A stretch of DNA of 63,361 nucleotides, counting the filler, from Candidatus Woesearchaeota archaeon (GTDB lineage Archaea > Nanobdellota > Nanobdellia > Woesearchaeales > B72-G16): assembly GCA_003650545.1 (NCBI GenBank). It is 7 parts of 7 records of this genome, joined end to end, with 100 filler letters (N's around TTAATTAATTAA, not from the genome) between each part and the next. Parts side by side here need not be neighbours in the genome. Positions count along the whole stretch, not along the records: positions 9,446 to 18,723 come from QMQO01000043.1; positions 18,824 to 28,080 come from QMQO01000044.1; positions 28,181 to 37,411 come from QMQO01000045.1; 4 more parts are not named here. One strand, given 5' to 3'. A model generated the notes under the pieces. That model made no database searches. It had not been told where the DNA came from and saw only the letters and a program-made list of their open reading frames with translations. Positions 18,423-28,207 of this stretch are shown here, one piece after another; positions within the stretch are counted from its first letter, which is position 1; the number at the start of each line of letters is the position of its first letter. Made by a program: the position numbers and the translations under genes.

Positions 18423-18722
18423 TTATCCCTCCTTATATGATAATATTTTTCTCCTCTTATAAAACCAGAAAGCAGGTTCACCCTTTTGAGGGCGCATGGA
18501 CAGAATATCCTTTTGCTCTTCCTCTGTCCATATCAAATTGCCCTCAAAGTCCTTTAAATAAGGAACCAGTGGCTCAGGCGGTAGTGCCTGATATGTCAAT
18601 CCACCGTATAAGTGAAGGCGATATCTAATGCCCTCTCCTGTATAGAGCATCTGGTATATGTCTATCAGATCCTCCTGTTTCTCCCCACCTATTACGACAG
18701 GAGCTGAATAAAACTTGTCGTA
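18423..18722 (-). CDS. Hypothetical protein, 5'-truncated by the contig edge
   Basis: Frame stays open upstream of the annotated Met (YDKFYSAPVVIGG...). Confidence 0.6.
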   Translation of the reverse strand, partial: YDKFYSAPVVIGGEKQEDLIDIYQMLYTGEGIRYRLHLYGGLTYQALPPEPLVPYLKDFEGNLIWTEEEQKDILSMRPQKGEPAFWFYKRRKILSYKEG

Positions 18723-18723
18723 A

Positions 18724-18823
18724 NNNNNNNNNNNNNNNNNNNNNNNNNNNNNNNNNNNNNNNNNNNNTTAATTAATTAANNNNNNNNNNNNNNNNNNNNN
18801 NNNNNNNNNNNNNNNNNNNNNNN
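18724..18823. other. Artificial contig spacer
   Basis: N44-TTAATTAATTAA-N44. Confidence 0.99.
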
Positions 18824-18887
18824 CCGGCGGCGGCGCGGGCGACCGTTTTCGCCCTGAATCCAGCTTCGATCATCATCTCGTATCCTT

Positions 18888-19262
18888 TCATTTCCCGTGT
18901 GGCGGATAGGTCGTGATCTTCCATCCGGTTTTCCTGTCCCACCGCACCAATCGAAACACGTACTGCGGGAACTGCTGCGCGGCGACCTTGATCTTGACGT
19001 TGGCGTCATCCCTCATGAATCCCTTGACCTCGTGGAACTCGATCGTCCCATCCGGCAGCATGACTTCGAAGTCCGGCCTGTAATAGGTCCTGTCCGCCGG
19101 TTTCAGGTTGTGCCGTTCGAAGCTGAAGCCGTGGATCTCACCGGCGAGCCGGCGACTGTGCAGGTGTTGGGCATAGCGCCGCTCCAGGCTGTTCATGCCG
19201 TCCTTCACGGTAATTCTGCCACGGGCGCGAATTGGGCGATATAGAGGTTTAGGCTGGGGCAT
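18888..19262 (-). CDS. Phage PD-(D/E)xK nuclease (DUF1064-like)
   Basis: MNSLERRYA, YRPDF, FHEVKG, VKIKVAA. Confidence 0.8.
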   Translation of the reverse strand: MPQPKPLYRPIRARGRITVKDGMNSLERRYAQHLHSRRLAGEIHGFSFERHNLKPADRTYYRPDFEVMLPDGTIEFHEVKGFMRDDANVKIKVAAQQFPQYVFRLVRWDRKTGWKITTYPPHGK

Positions 19263-19417
19263 CGCTGATTATCTTTTGAAATTGTTGCATCATTTGTCTA
19301 AATTTCTCTTTCCTGTTCATCGGTCTGATTATTAACAGGGGCTTACCTCTAATTATTTCAAGAAGAGCGTTTGAATTACATACTGTCGTCCGTCACCGAT
19401 AGCGCCTGTTGATTGGT

Positions 19418-19655
19418 GAATTATGGAATAATGGAGGAATTATGGAGTTGGTCACTCCATTATTCTTTCTCTCGCAACTTATTGAATAATAACAAGAAAG
19501 ACTAATAATAATCTAATTATGGAATTATGGAGTGCATTCTTTAATGCGAATACTCTCATATAGACCCCGCTCCATAATTCCATAATTGGCCTAACTCAAG
19601 TCCCCACCTGGAAATAATTTTGGAGCAGCCTGCTCCATAATTCCTCCATTATTCC
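19418..19655. repeat. Iteron-like nested inverted repeats, probable replication origin
   Basis: Perfect 23-bp IR (19425-19447/19633-19655) enclosing a perfect 18-bp IR (19515-19532/19570-19587); core AATTATGGA; directly downstream of the primase. Confidence 0.8.
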
Positions 19656-19664
19656 AAATTCAAG

Positions 19665-21920
19665 TTATTTCGATGCATCATCATCTTCTTCGCCTTGCCT
19701 TTTCCTGAGGGCGACATAGGCGATCCGCGGGCGCCCTGCTCCTTTCATTTTCACCTTGGTCAGTGCAATCTTTTCGGCGTTCAGAAGTGTCTGCAGCATC
19801 GGCTGGCGATCCTTTGGAGGATAGGAGCAGAATGGTTTATAGCGATTCATGTCCCGTTCTGTCACTCCCCGATCGCCGGCAGTGAGAATGGATTGATAGA
19901 AATCATTCATTGATTTTTCGAAGGGGCTGTCGGCGATTTTGTCGAACAACGCTTCAGCCAGCTTCTTGGTGTGATAGGTGACGAACTTAATCGCCCATTC
20001 AGCGTGCTTGACATTGATGACCGGATTGTCGATGTCGTCAGCGCAGGCACATATCAGGGCGATCTTGGCTGCATTCTCCCAAACACGCTTCCAGAGGTCA
20101 CCCTGGTATTTCGTTTCCGACCGGTTGGTTCGCTCCCTGATCTTCGCTTCCAAGCGGTCGAACAGGTTTGTAGCTTCTGCTGTCTCCCGCACCACGATGG
20201 GTTGAGCTGGATCGATAACAGCTGGACCGTCACCGCCGGACCTCATGTAGATGACCTTATTGATCCACATCAGGATAGTTTGCGGTATGTCAACCACACT
20301 GCAGCGGCGCTGGCGTAGAGGCATCGGTTGGTTCGAGACATCGACGACAACGAAGCGGTTGAGATAACCCGATATGACATGCTTTGAAGTGACTGCATCA
20401 TAGAACGTTTCAGGTGTCGCACTGGCATGGAGCGAACAGCAGGGATAAGATATTTTCGTCCTTGGACGTAGCAGTTGATTTGCATATTCCGTTCCGATGA
20501 TCTCCGCATCAGCGCTACTGTAAAGTTTCATCAAGTTGGTCATGATCTCGAGGTTGTAGCGGGCGGTGTTCTTAAGTTGGATAGATTGCATCAGTTGCCC
20601 GAATTCGTCGATCTGAAAGAGTACACAGGGGGTCATCGAGAGTCGCGTCAACAGTGCCTGACCGCTGCCGAGGCTCTCACCGCCGTTATATTCCGGAATA
20701 TCCGCAGCATTGAAAATCTTCCTGACTACCTTACGCGGGTGCTCTTTGCCACTGCCGGTTTCTCCAACGCTGATGAGGTAGAGGTTTGTGCGCAGACCAG
20801 TTTCGGTGCAGACCCTGCGCCCCAGTATCGTCCCCACTAAAGTCAAAGCCGCGTTCAAGGCGTAAGCAGGCTGAGGAAAGGAAGCAGTATCGAGAATAAA
20901 CCGGACGATATCACCCAACACTCCCGGCGGATTATAGAACTCCTTCGAGCCATGCATCTGCGGCATGAAAGATGTATCGGTGGGGTGTACCTCCACGCAC
21001 TGCTCAATCCAACCGTTCTGTTTCGCCAACCAAAAGATCGTTGAGATGGTTATGCTGCCGTTCGGATCGAGACTCTGCCAGGTCCGTTGCTGGTCGCGCG
21101 GGTCGTATTTCGTCGACTGCTGTGACCATTCCGTCCAGATACCGTATGCCTGTTGACCGGCACGGGTCGACTTTAACGCCATACCGACCTTCAGCCAGAC
21201 GTCGCGATCATCGCTGTTGATGAATGCCAGCGCGGAACGGAGTTCCTGCACCTTGGCGGCGGGGAGCAATTCAACCGGCGGTGACGGCTTGACAGTAGGT
21301 CGAACCAGCCTGGCATAACCGTTCAACGACCAGGGCGGCGCCGGCGCAACGGCGATTCCTTCAAGCGGATCGCTGGACGCCTCCCATTCATATCTCCGCC
21401 CGGACAGGTGAAGACTGGGTGGAGCGAGGACATAGCCGTTGTCGGCGCGGATGTCCACACCAGGACCGAGGACGTTCGTCCCTGACTTGAGTTCGACTTC
21501 CTCGGGATAGGTGAAATAGAGATGCCGTCCGCCGCCGCCGGTGATCACCTCGACAGTGTCCGGATGTCCTTGATTTATCTCCTGCCAGGTCTCTTCGCCG
21601 ACGGCGCCGTTTTCCGGCTTGTTGTCGATGTCGATCACCAGCAGACGCCCGGATATCTCGCCGGTGGCGATGGCGATGTTCGCCCAGGGGTACTTCTTCC
21701 ACCAGGCGGCGATGACAGCCGGATCGGTTGTCGCATCCTTGAAACCGTGCCGGGTGAGCGGATGCTTGCCGGGGCTCGTGCAGGCTGGGCGGCCGCAGGT
21801 GCACCTGCCGTTACGGATGCTGTGCACCGGGAAGACCGCCCAGCCGAACGAGGCGTAAGCCAAGGCTGACTGCAACAATTCAGATGATGACTGAGTCACC
21901 GTTTGATTCGAGTGAATCAT
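19665..21920 (-). CDS. Bifunctional primase-polymerase + PriCT-2 + DUF3987-type helicase/ATPase + winged helix
   Basis: CTCGRPAC..PGKHP, NIAIATG, VIDID, TGGGGRHLYF, GVDIRADNGYVLAPPS; DRDVWLKVGMAL; Walker A GETGSGKE, Walker B IDE. Confidence 0.92.
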   Translation of the reverse strand: MIHSNQTVTQSSSELLQSALAYASFGWAVFPVHSIRNGRCTCGRPACTSPGKHPLTRHGFKDATTDPAVIAAWWKKYPWANIAIATGEISGRLLVIDIDNKPENGAVGEETWQEINQGHPDTVEVITGGGGRHLYFTYPEEVELKSGTNVLGPGVDIRADNGYVLAPPSLHLSGRRYEWEASSDPLEGIAVAPAPPWSLNGYARLVRPTVKPSPPVELLPAAKVQELRSALAFINSDDRDVWLKVGMALKSTRAGQQAYGIWTEWSQQSTKYDPRDQQRTWQSLDPNGSITISTIFWLAKQNGWIEQCVEVHPTDTSFMPQMHGSKEFYNPPGVLGDIVRFILDTASFPQPAYALNAALTLVGTILGRRVCTETGLRTNLYLISVGETGSGKEHPRKVVRKIFNAADIPEYNGGESLGSGQALLTRLSMTPCVLFQIDEFGQLMQSIQLKNTARYNLEIMTNLMKLYSSADAEIIGTEYANQLLRPRTKISYPCCSLHASATPETFYDAVTSKHVISGYLNRFVVVDVSNQPMPLRQRRCSVVDIPQTILMWINKVIYMRSGGDGPAVIDPAQPIVVRETAEATNLFDRLEAKIRERTNRSETKYQGDLWKRVWENAAKIALICACADDIDNPVINVKHAEWAIKFVTYHTKKLAEALFDKIADSPFEKSMNDFYQSILTAGDRGVTERDMNRYKPFCSYPPKDRQPMLQTLLNAEKIALTKVKMKGAGRPRIAYVALRKRQGEEDDDASK

Positions 21921-23065
21921 CAGATCCCATCAGCATTCTGGGATAACCTTGATCTGTCGATTTGTCGCGCTCTCGTTTTAGAAGAGAGGGTTGCGTTTGA
22001 ATCGGACTCTGCCTTGAGTCTGTTCACCAGCAGTTCGGTATGGCGGGTGACAAATTGAGTCGCCCATTCAGCGTGACGCTCTTCGACAACGGAATTGTTC
22101 GGATTATCCGCACAGGCGCAGATCAGCGCGATCTTGTCGGCCAGTTCCCAACCGCGACTCCAGAGGTAGCCAAGGCCGTCAGACTGATCGTGGTTCCGCC
22201 GATCACGCATCTCCTTTTCGTGGTCGTCGAATAGACGAGATGCCTCTTTGCTCTTCTCCACCTTAATCAAAGACTTCGGACCGGCGTCAACACCGGAGCT
22301 GCGTAGCTGCAGCGACCTGACGCTTACGAACCAGGGAAGAATATTCTCCATTGGCTCTTGCGATTCCCCGCTGACTATTCTCTGTCCGGATGGGTCGGTT
22401 GTCTCATCGACAACAACGAAGCGGGCGAGAAATCTCAAATGGTCTGAGCGCAGTCGAGAGGTCATCTGGTAGAAGCTTCCGGCTGGGGCTGTCGCGTGGA
22501 GAGAACAGCAGGGATAGGGAATATCAACGCGTGGGTGGCGCACCTGATCGGCGAACTCGGTGCCGTGGAGTATAGTGTCGGCGCTGCTGAACAGCTTGAT
22601 GAGATTGACAAACAACTCCATCTTGTAGCGCACCGCTCCATCCCGGAGTGCTGCCTTAATCAGACGATCGAAGTCGTCGAACAGAAACAATGCGTTTGGT
22701 GTCGCCGCCACCCTCTTCAAAAGCGCCTCACCGCCGGTAGGTGTCTCGTGGACGATGCGGTCAGCCAGTCCTGCCTCACGGGCGATCCGAGCAACCGCTG
22801 CTTGAATCTGCTGAGCCGCTTCAGAATTGTCAATGAGGCTGATGAGGTAGATATTCGTCAGCAGAATTGTCTCACCGCAGACTTTGCGCGCCAGAGCCGT
22901 TCCAGCAAGGGTCAGCGCCGCATTGACAGCAGCGCCGGTTTGCGCAAGTGGTGAAACAGCAAGAATTTGTCGGGTGATGTCACCCAACACCCCGGGGGGA
23001 TTGCCCAAGTCCACCTCGCCGTTCGGCGCTGTAGAATTTCCTTTCTCAGAATGGGACATAATCAA
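21920..23065 (-). CDS. Degenerate paralog of the primase helicase domain (pseudo-ATPase)
   Basis: Collinear with 19665-21920 from NPPGVLGDI to HAEWA; Walker A replaced by DNSEAAQQ. Confidence 0.85.
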   Translation of the reverse strand: MIMSHSEKGNSTAPNGEVDLGNPPGVLGDITRQILAVSPLAQTGAAVNAALTLAGTALARKVCGETILLTNIYLISLIDNSEAAQQIQAAVARIAREAGLADRIVHETPTGGEALLKRVAATPNALFLFDDFDRLIKAALRDGAVRYKMELFVNLIKLFSSADTILHGTEFADQVRHPRVDIPYPCCSLHATAPAGSFYQMTSRLRSDHLRFLARFVVVDETTDPSGQRIVSGESQEPMENILPWFVSVRSLQLRSSGVDAGPKSLIKVEKSKEASRLFDDHEKEMRDRRNHDQSDGLGYLWSRGWELADKIALICACADNPNNSVVEERHAEWATQFVTRHTELLVNRLKAESDSNATLSSKTRARQIDRSRLSQNADGI

Positions 23066-23321
23066 CGTAAACCTCCATGTATTTCCAGCACGCCTGTTGA
23101 ATCAACGCACTGAACTGTTCGCGGGTGAGTGCCGACAAAGGCCGGTCTCCTATCCCACCCGCTTCGATGAACTGCCCCGCAGCTTCGACCGCTGCTGCAA
23201 CGGCATTCGCTTCCAACTCCTCATCCGTCCATTCGCCGTTGTTGGCGCCGAACAGAACAACGCGGTCCTTCTTCAACCGCTCGTAGTGCTCTCTGGTGAC
23301 GGTGATAGTCTCTTCGTTCAA
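23046..23321 (-). CDS. Small phage protein (DUF6511-like)
   Basis: AAGQFIEA..GDRPLSALTREQF...VPF; typical position between helicase and primase. Confidence 0.65.
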   Translation of the reverse strand: MNEETITVTREHYERLKKDRVVLFGANNGEWTDEELEANAVAAAVEAAGQFIEAGGIGDRPLSALTREQFSALIQQACWKYMEVYVDYVPF

Positions 23322-24049
23322 AACGGCGCCTCCTCTTCAACCAACGGCGAATCGTCGGCGTATTCATATTCCTGCTCCACCTCAACCTCAGGCGGTTCAG
23401 CCCCGTCGAACCGATGCCTCACCACCCGCCAGTATTTGCCGTCCTCCTGCACCAAAATGTGTGAGGGATGCCGCAGTGTCGCGGCTTGCTGCAGGGCTTC
23501 GCCGACGGTGATCACCGCTGGATCGCCGCCGTGTCTGATCCACCAACGATGTGCCCTTCGTGCCGCCCGTCCCCCATGTTCCAGGCAGATCCATTCGGAG
23601 TAGATCGAATAGGGTGATTCGTAGTAGTCCACCCGCAGCGAATCCGGCTTGCCGATTTTTCGGTGTCGTTCGTAGGAAATCTTCTCGACTTTGACCCAGA
23701 AGGGCGCCGCATGGCTGATTATTGGACGTGTAGTGGCAGTGGGCTTTAACTCCGTCTCTGGGGGCGGGAACTCGTGATGACAATCGGGGCAATGCCGAAA
23801 TCCCGCGAACACCACCGAGCGGCAGTTCGGGCAGGTCTTCACCGGCGCCCTGCCGTTGCCGTCGCCGCCCTGCCGGTACGGCTGAACCATGTCGATCGGT
23901 CCATGCCGTTCGATGTTGCCGGCGAAGTCGAGCACCAGGCAGTTCTCCTTGCCCCGGGCGACCCGCATCCCCCGCCCGGCGATCTGGACATAGAGACCGG
24001 TGGATTGGGTGGGGCGCAGAACCGCCAGCAGGTCGACGCCGGGATGGTT
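23318..24049 (-). pseudogene. C-terminal remnant of a RadD/YejH-like SF2 helicase
   Basis: Frame NHPGVDLLAVLRPTNPTGLYVQIAGRGMR (motifs V-VI), zinc finger CPNC..CPDC; N-terminal RecA domain absent, cut at the AT-rich insert. Confidence 0.85.
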
Positions 24050-24089
24050 TAAATCTGTCTAAAAGTTGTCGTAGTTCGATAAATAAGAC

Positions 24090-24118
24090 TTGACTAAGAT
24101 GTTGTTGAGTATTATATT
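24090..24118 (+). promoter_or_regulatory. sigma70-type promoter of the inserted helicase-nuclease gene
   Basis: TTGACT-17 bp-TATATT, then GAGGT RBS before the ATG at 24156. Confidence 0.75.
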
Positions 24119-24155
24119 AATAACAAACTAAAGCGGGATAACAGCGAGGTTAACA

Positions 24156-27100
24156 ATGCCATGGGAAAGGTTTAAACGTTTCATTTCCTATTACTTGGAC
24201 TGCATTAAAGAAGACGAGGGTCATGGATCACGCTTCTTTCTGAATGATGAGGGAAAGAAGTTTATAACTTTACCAATTGATACAGAGTGGGGATTGTCTG
24301 GGGGAGAGACCTTATTAGTCGATCTTACTGGCGATAACAGCCGCTTTGCAGCAGAATTAAGACAGCGACGTGCAACATCTTCTCTATTCTATGGATATCC
24401 ATTATATATTGACTGGATTGAAAGATCGAGGAACGGTTGGACAGGCGGATTTGGAATACCTGTGTTTCTGCAAGCAGTAGAGAATGATTTAGTCGGTACA
24501 GAATTGGAAATCTGGCTGGAAAATCAATGGCCCGTGATAAATCTTCAATATCTCAAAAAATTATCACGCACACCAGAAGAAAAAAGAAACCTTCTCAAAG
24601 ATATCGGATTATTGGAAACGGTCGATGAACCACCGGAAAATGCATTAGCAAACCTTGTTAGAAATCACAACCGTTGGTCTCTTGGTATAGATATGGTTGA
24701 AACATTAAATCCAGAAGAAATTATAGGAGTTCCGCCTGTATCTCAACTTAATAAGGGAGGAATTTATAATCGAGCTGTTTTAGTAATTGGTGAGCGGTCA
24801 CCTTACACGAGAGGACTCGAATATGAACTTCCACTTCTTAGAGATAAAGCTGATAATGAAGGTCTTAATAACTCCGCTTTAAGATTGTTTTTCAGTGATG
24901 ATACCATTGCTATGACAAATAAACAAACAGATGCCAATAAACAGCCAATTATTGAAGTTGTTCCCTTGAATGATGAACAAAGAGATGCTGTCAGATCAGC
25001 CTTTGAAAATGACTTAACTGTAGTCACAGGCCCCCCCGGAACAGGCAAGTCTCAAGTAGTCATAAGCGTAATAGCAAACGCACACCTTAGAGGAGAACGC
25101 GTGTTATTTACCAGCCGTAATAACAAAGCGGTAGATGTAGTAGAATCACGATTAAATGCATTATCACAAATTCCCCTAGTTATCAGGGTTGGTAGGCGAA
25201 GTGGGGAACGTAATCTCCGCAAAGAGCTTGTCGAGTTTGTCTCACGTGTTCTTTCAATATCTGTTTCTGATGAGGACAGGTATGTTCTTAATGAAACAAG
25301 GAAGAAGGTAGAAGAACTCATTAAGAATCGAGATAAATTATGGTATGATTTGGAAATTGTAAGAAAAAAGAGGAACACTGTAGATGAATTAGATAGATTA
25401 GTGGAAGATGGATTGGATAACTTGCCTGAGGAAGTTGCAGATGTAATAATGAATTCAGAAATATATCCTTCTATTTCTGATCCAACACCAATACTCCAAC
25501 TAATAGATGAACAACTATCAGCAGATAAAGGATTATTGCAATCAATTTATTTATGGTTTAGACGAAAAAAGGATTTGAGAAAAATATCATCATATTTGGA
25601 TTCTATTTCTAATCATTTTGATATATTTGGCAAATCACCAGAGGAAGTGTCGTATCATGAACTTAATAAACTGAATGAATACTTTAATGAAGTTAAGAGA
25701 CGATATGAGTTTTTAAAAATTTTTATGAAATATAAAGATTATTACAAAGGACTAATTTCTGCTGATACTACAGCACAATTTGCTAAGTTATTAGCTTCTA
25801 TCGAGGAGAAATTATGGGATTTCTGTAACCAATTTATTGCTGCCTATGGAAAAATGCTACCAGAGAGATTAGATCCTGAAACAAGACGTGCTCTTGGCGA
25901 ATTCAGAGCAACAATGGAGAGATTAGCTGGAGACCAGGTCGGCGGAAGAACATACGCAAGACTAATGCGTCAACTCGAAAGAATATTTCAGCGTGTATCA
26001 CGAGTCTTACCAGCATGGTGTGTTACAAATCTATCAGCAAATGGCTCATTACCGCTTGGTAGTTGCCTGTTTGATCTGCTGGTAATCGATGAGGCCAGCC
26101 AATGTGATATTCCTTCAGCGCTCCCTCTTCTGTATCGCGCAAAACGAGTAATGATAATTGGAGATCCCAATCAACTTAGGCATATTACATCACTCTCAGA
26201 ACTAAGAGATCAACAATTGCAAAGTAAATATGGTTTAACAGACACTTCAGACCAACCATTTACATTCAATATTAATTCTCTTTATGATTTGGCAGCAACA
26301 TGCGCTGGTGAGGCAAAAGTGATTTCACTCAGAGAACACTTTCGTTCCCACACAGATATAATTGAATTTAGCAACCATAACTGGTATAATGGAACTCTTA
26401 AAATGTGTACTGATTATCGTCGCCTTAAAAGTGATAGTGGTTATTCATTAGGAATTCGTTGGACAGATGTTAAGGGTGCTGTCAGAAGACCGAGTAGTGG
26501 TGGAGCTATAAATGAGAAAGAGGCTAAGGAGGTTGTAAAAGAATTGAAATCATTAATAATTGATAGAGGATTTAGAGGAACTGTAGGTATTGTGACACCG
26601 TTTCGAGCGCAAACTAATCGCATAAGAGATCTGGTGAATGAAACTATTAACTTATCTTATTTATTGACATCGGACTTAATAGTAGATACTGCTCACGGGT
26701 TCCAAGGAGATGAGAGAGATGTTATACTTTTTTCTCCTTGTATCGGTGAAAAAATGCCGAGAGGAGCAAAGTATTTTCTTGCCTCGACTGGCAATTTATT
26801 TAATGTTGCAATAACGAGAGCGAGATCAGTCCTCCATGTAATTGGCAATAAGTCAGCATGTAATAATTGCGGTGTGAAGCACATAGAGGAATTCGTCAGT
26901 TATGTAAACAGAATTGAAAGTGAACCAACTCTTACTTTTGGATCAGAGGAGGATATTGGATACTGGGAAAGACCATTTTATGAAGCTCTATTGAAAGCGG
27001 GTATAAAGCCTATGCCACAATATCGAGAACATCAGTATAAACTGGATTTTGCTATAAAGGAAGGTGATTTCTGGCTGGATATTGAAATAGATGGTGAACT

Positions 27101-27272
27101 TTATCATAAAGAATGGGATGGCAGCCGATGCCGCCGTGATGTGATTAGAGATTTAAGGCTTACTGCTTTAGGATGGAGAGTTAAAAGATTTTGGGTTTAT
27201 CAGGTTAGAGACGATATGGATGCATGCGTCCAAGAAGTTGTCAGCTTAATTGTAAATAGATCCCATATGTAA
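24156..27272 (+). CDS. Upf1-like SF1 helicase (AAA_11/AAA_12) fused to a DUF559/Vsr-like endonuclease; probable anti-phage protein
   Basis: GPPGTGKS, SRNNKAVD, IDEASQC, IGDPNQL, EHFRSH, VTPFRAQ, HGFQGDERD, NVAITRAR; C-terminal DFA..IEIDGELYH..RD..L...GW.V.RFW. Confidence 0.9.
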   Translation: MPWERFKRFISYYLDCIKEDEGHGSRFFLNDEGKKFITLPIDTEWGLSGGETLLVDLTGDNSRFAAELRQRRATSSLFYGYPLYIDWIERSRNGWTGGFGIPVFLQAVENDLVGTELEIWLENQWPVINLQYLKKLSRTPEEKRNLLKDIGLLETVDEPPENALANLVRNHNRWSLGIDMVETLNPEEIIGVPPVSQLNKGGIYNRAVLVIGERSPYTRGLEYELPLLRDKADNEGLNNSALRLFFSDDTIAMTNKQTDANKQPIIEVVPLNDEQRDAVRSAFENDLTVVTGPPGTGKSQVVISVIANAHLRGERVLFTSRNNKAVDVVESRLNALSQIPLVIRVGRRSGERNLRKELVEFVSRVLSISVSDEDRYVLNETRKKVEELIKNRDKLWYDLEIVRKKRNTVDELDRLVEDGLDNLPEEVADVIMNSEIYPSISDPTPILQLIDEQLSADKGLLQSIYLWFRRKKDLRKISSYLDSISNHFDIFGKSPEEVSYHELNKLNEYFNEVKRRYEFLKIFMKYKDYYKGLISADTTAQFAKLLASIEEKLWDFCNQFIAAYGKMLPERLDPETRRALGEFRATMERLAGDQVGGRTYARLMRQLERIFQRVSRVLPAWCVTNLSANGSLPLGSCLFDLLVIDEASQCDIPSALPLLYRAKRVMIIGDPNQLRHITSLSELRDQQLQSKYGLTDTSDQPFTFNINSLYDLAATCAGEAKVISLREHFRSHTDIIEFSNHNWYNGTLKMCTDYRRLKSDSGYSLGIRWTDVKGAVRRPSSGGAINEKEAKEVVKELKSLIIDRGFRGTVGIVTPFRAQTNRIRDLVNETINLSYLLTSDLIVDTAHGFQGDERDVILFSPCIGEKMPRGAKYFLASTGNLFNVAITRARSVLHVIGNKSACNNCGVKHIEEFVSYVNRIESEPTLTFGSEEDIGYWERPFYEALLKAGIKPMPQYREHQYKLDFAIKEGDFWLDIEIDGELYHKEWDGSRCRRDVIRDLRLTALGWRVKRFWVYQVRDDMDACVQEVVSLIVNRSHM

Positions 27273-27716
27273 TTGAATTGTTATATTGCGCATACCCTTA
27301 TTAATCCACAGGCTGTCCAAGCCGTCGAGGATCTCCTGCCACAGCGGAAGCGCCTCCATGCGCCACTTGTAATACCCACCGCCGCTCGCGCCGACCTTGT
27401 CGATGCTGTCAACGCCCCACAGCTCCAGCAGCCTCCGGTGCAGCATCGGCTCGAACGCCGAAACGGTATCGAAAACCAACGTTCTGAACGGGTGATCTTC
27501 GTGAAGAGCGGTGATCGCCTCCACCGCGTCGCGGTAACTCCTGACCTCCCAGTGATCCACCCCCGGCAGGCCGGACAGCCCGTCTTCGGTCGCCAGGAAT
27601 ACCGGCGCCGGCATCAGCGATGCGAGCGTGCTTTTGCCGATGCCTGCCACGCCGAAGATTAGGTCACGGGGCGGCATCGGCGACGACTTCTTCAGCGTCT
27701 CCAGTGAGATGGCCAT
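27246..27716 (-). pseudogene. AAA_24 phage ATPase, C-terminally truncated
   Basis: GVAGIGKST, FLATEDG, TLVFDT; homology-like sequence ends near KGMR (~27285), where AT-rich DNA begins. Confidence 0.8.
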
Positions 27717-28080
27717 TATCTCTTCTCCTTATCTATGACGGTAACTTTGACATTGGTCTTGCCGGGTTTGACCACCAGGGCCCGGGCGACGATCCGGTAG
27801 GTGGCCGGGTCATTGGCGTGCAGCCACTTGACGCCGGCGACGTCCAACTTAGGTTCGTATTTGACCGGTCTGAGGTCTTCTGGAATCCGCCCTTCGACTG
27901 ACTCCCAAGCCTGCCTGTCCAACGTTCGATTGACGACCGCGGTTACGGTAATCTTACGTGTGCCCAAATCGTAGGTCTGAGCCCCCTCTTCACGAACCCC
28001 CAATTCGGCGGTGATAGACTCTTCGATTTCGATCCGGTGCCTCCGTGCGGCGTCTTCGGCAGCTTTGGCCTCAAGCCACG
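27716..28080 (-). CDS. Phage hypothetical protein (5'-truncated by the contig edge)
   Basis: Frame open to the edge (WLEAKAAEDAARRHRIEIEE...), TAATG coupling to the ATPase. Confidence 0.75.
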
Positions 28081-28180
28081 NNNNNNNNNNNNNNNNNNNN
28101 NNNNNNNNNNNNNNNNNNNNNNNNTTAATTAATTAANNNNNNNNNNNNNNNNNNNNNNNNNNNNNNNNNNNNNNNNNNNN
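28081..28180. other. Artificial contig spacer
   Basis: N44-TTAATTAATTAA-N44. Confidence 0.99.
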
Positions 28181-28207
28181 CATTATAATTTGATACTAAT
28201 TATCAAA

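Larger units (their letters stand above)
9446..18723 (-). mobile_element. Phage or ICE/plasmid fragment, early/leading-type region of small co-oriented ORFs
   Basis: About 30 short minus-strand ORFs with strong AGGAG(G) RBS, RadC, pentapeptide protein, no housekeeping genes. Confidence 0.75.
18824..28080 (-). mobile_element. GC-rich prophage-like replication module, partly deleted
   Basis: Order small protein, AAA_24 ATPase, SF2 helicase, small protein, primase-helicase, nuclease is phage-typical. Confidence 0.8.

Noticed and set aside
18897..24052. Many plus-strand and alternate-frame ORFs, including the 239-aa 22884-23603
   Set aside because: Shadow ORFs expected in GC-rich DNA opposite well-supported genes
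24050..27290. Insert as a transposon or integron cassette
   Set aside because: No transposase, terminal inverted repeats, target duplication or attC-like site found, and flanking DNA is deleted
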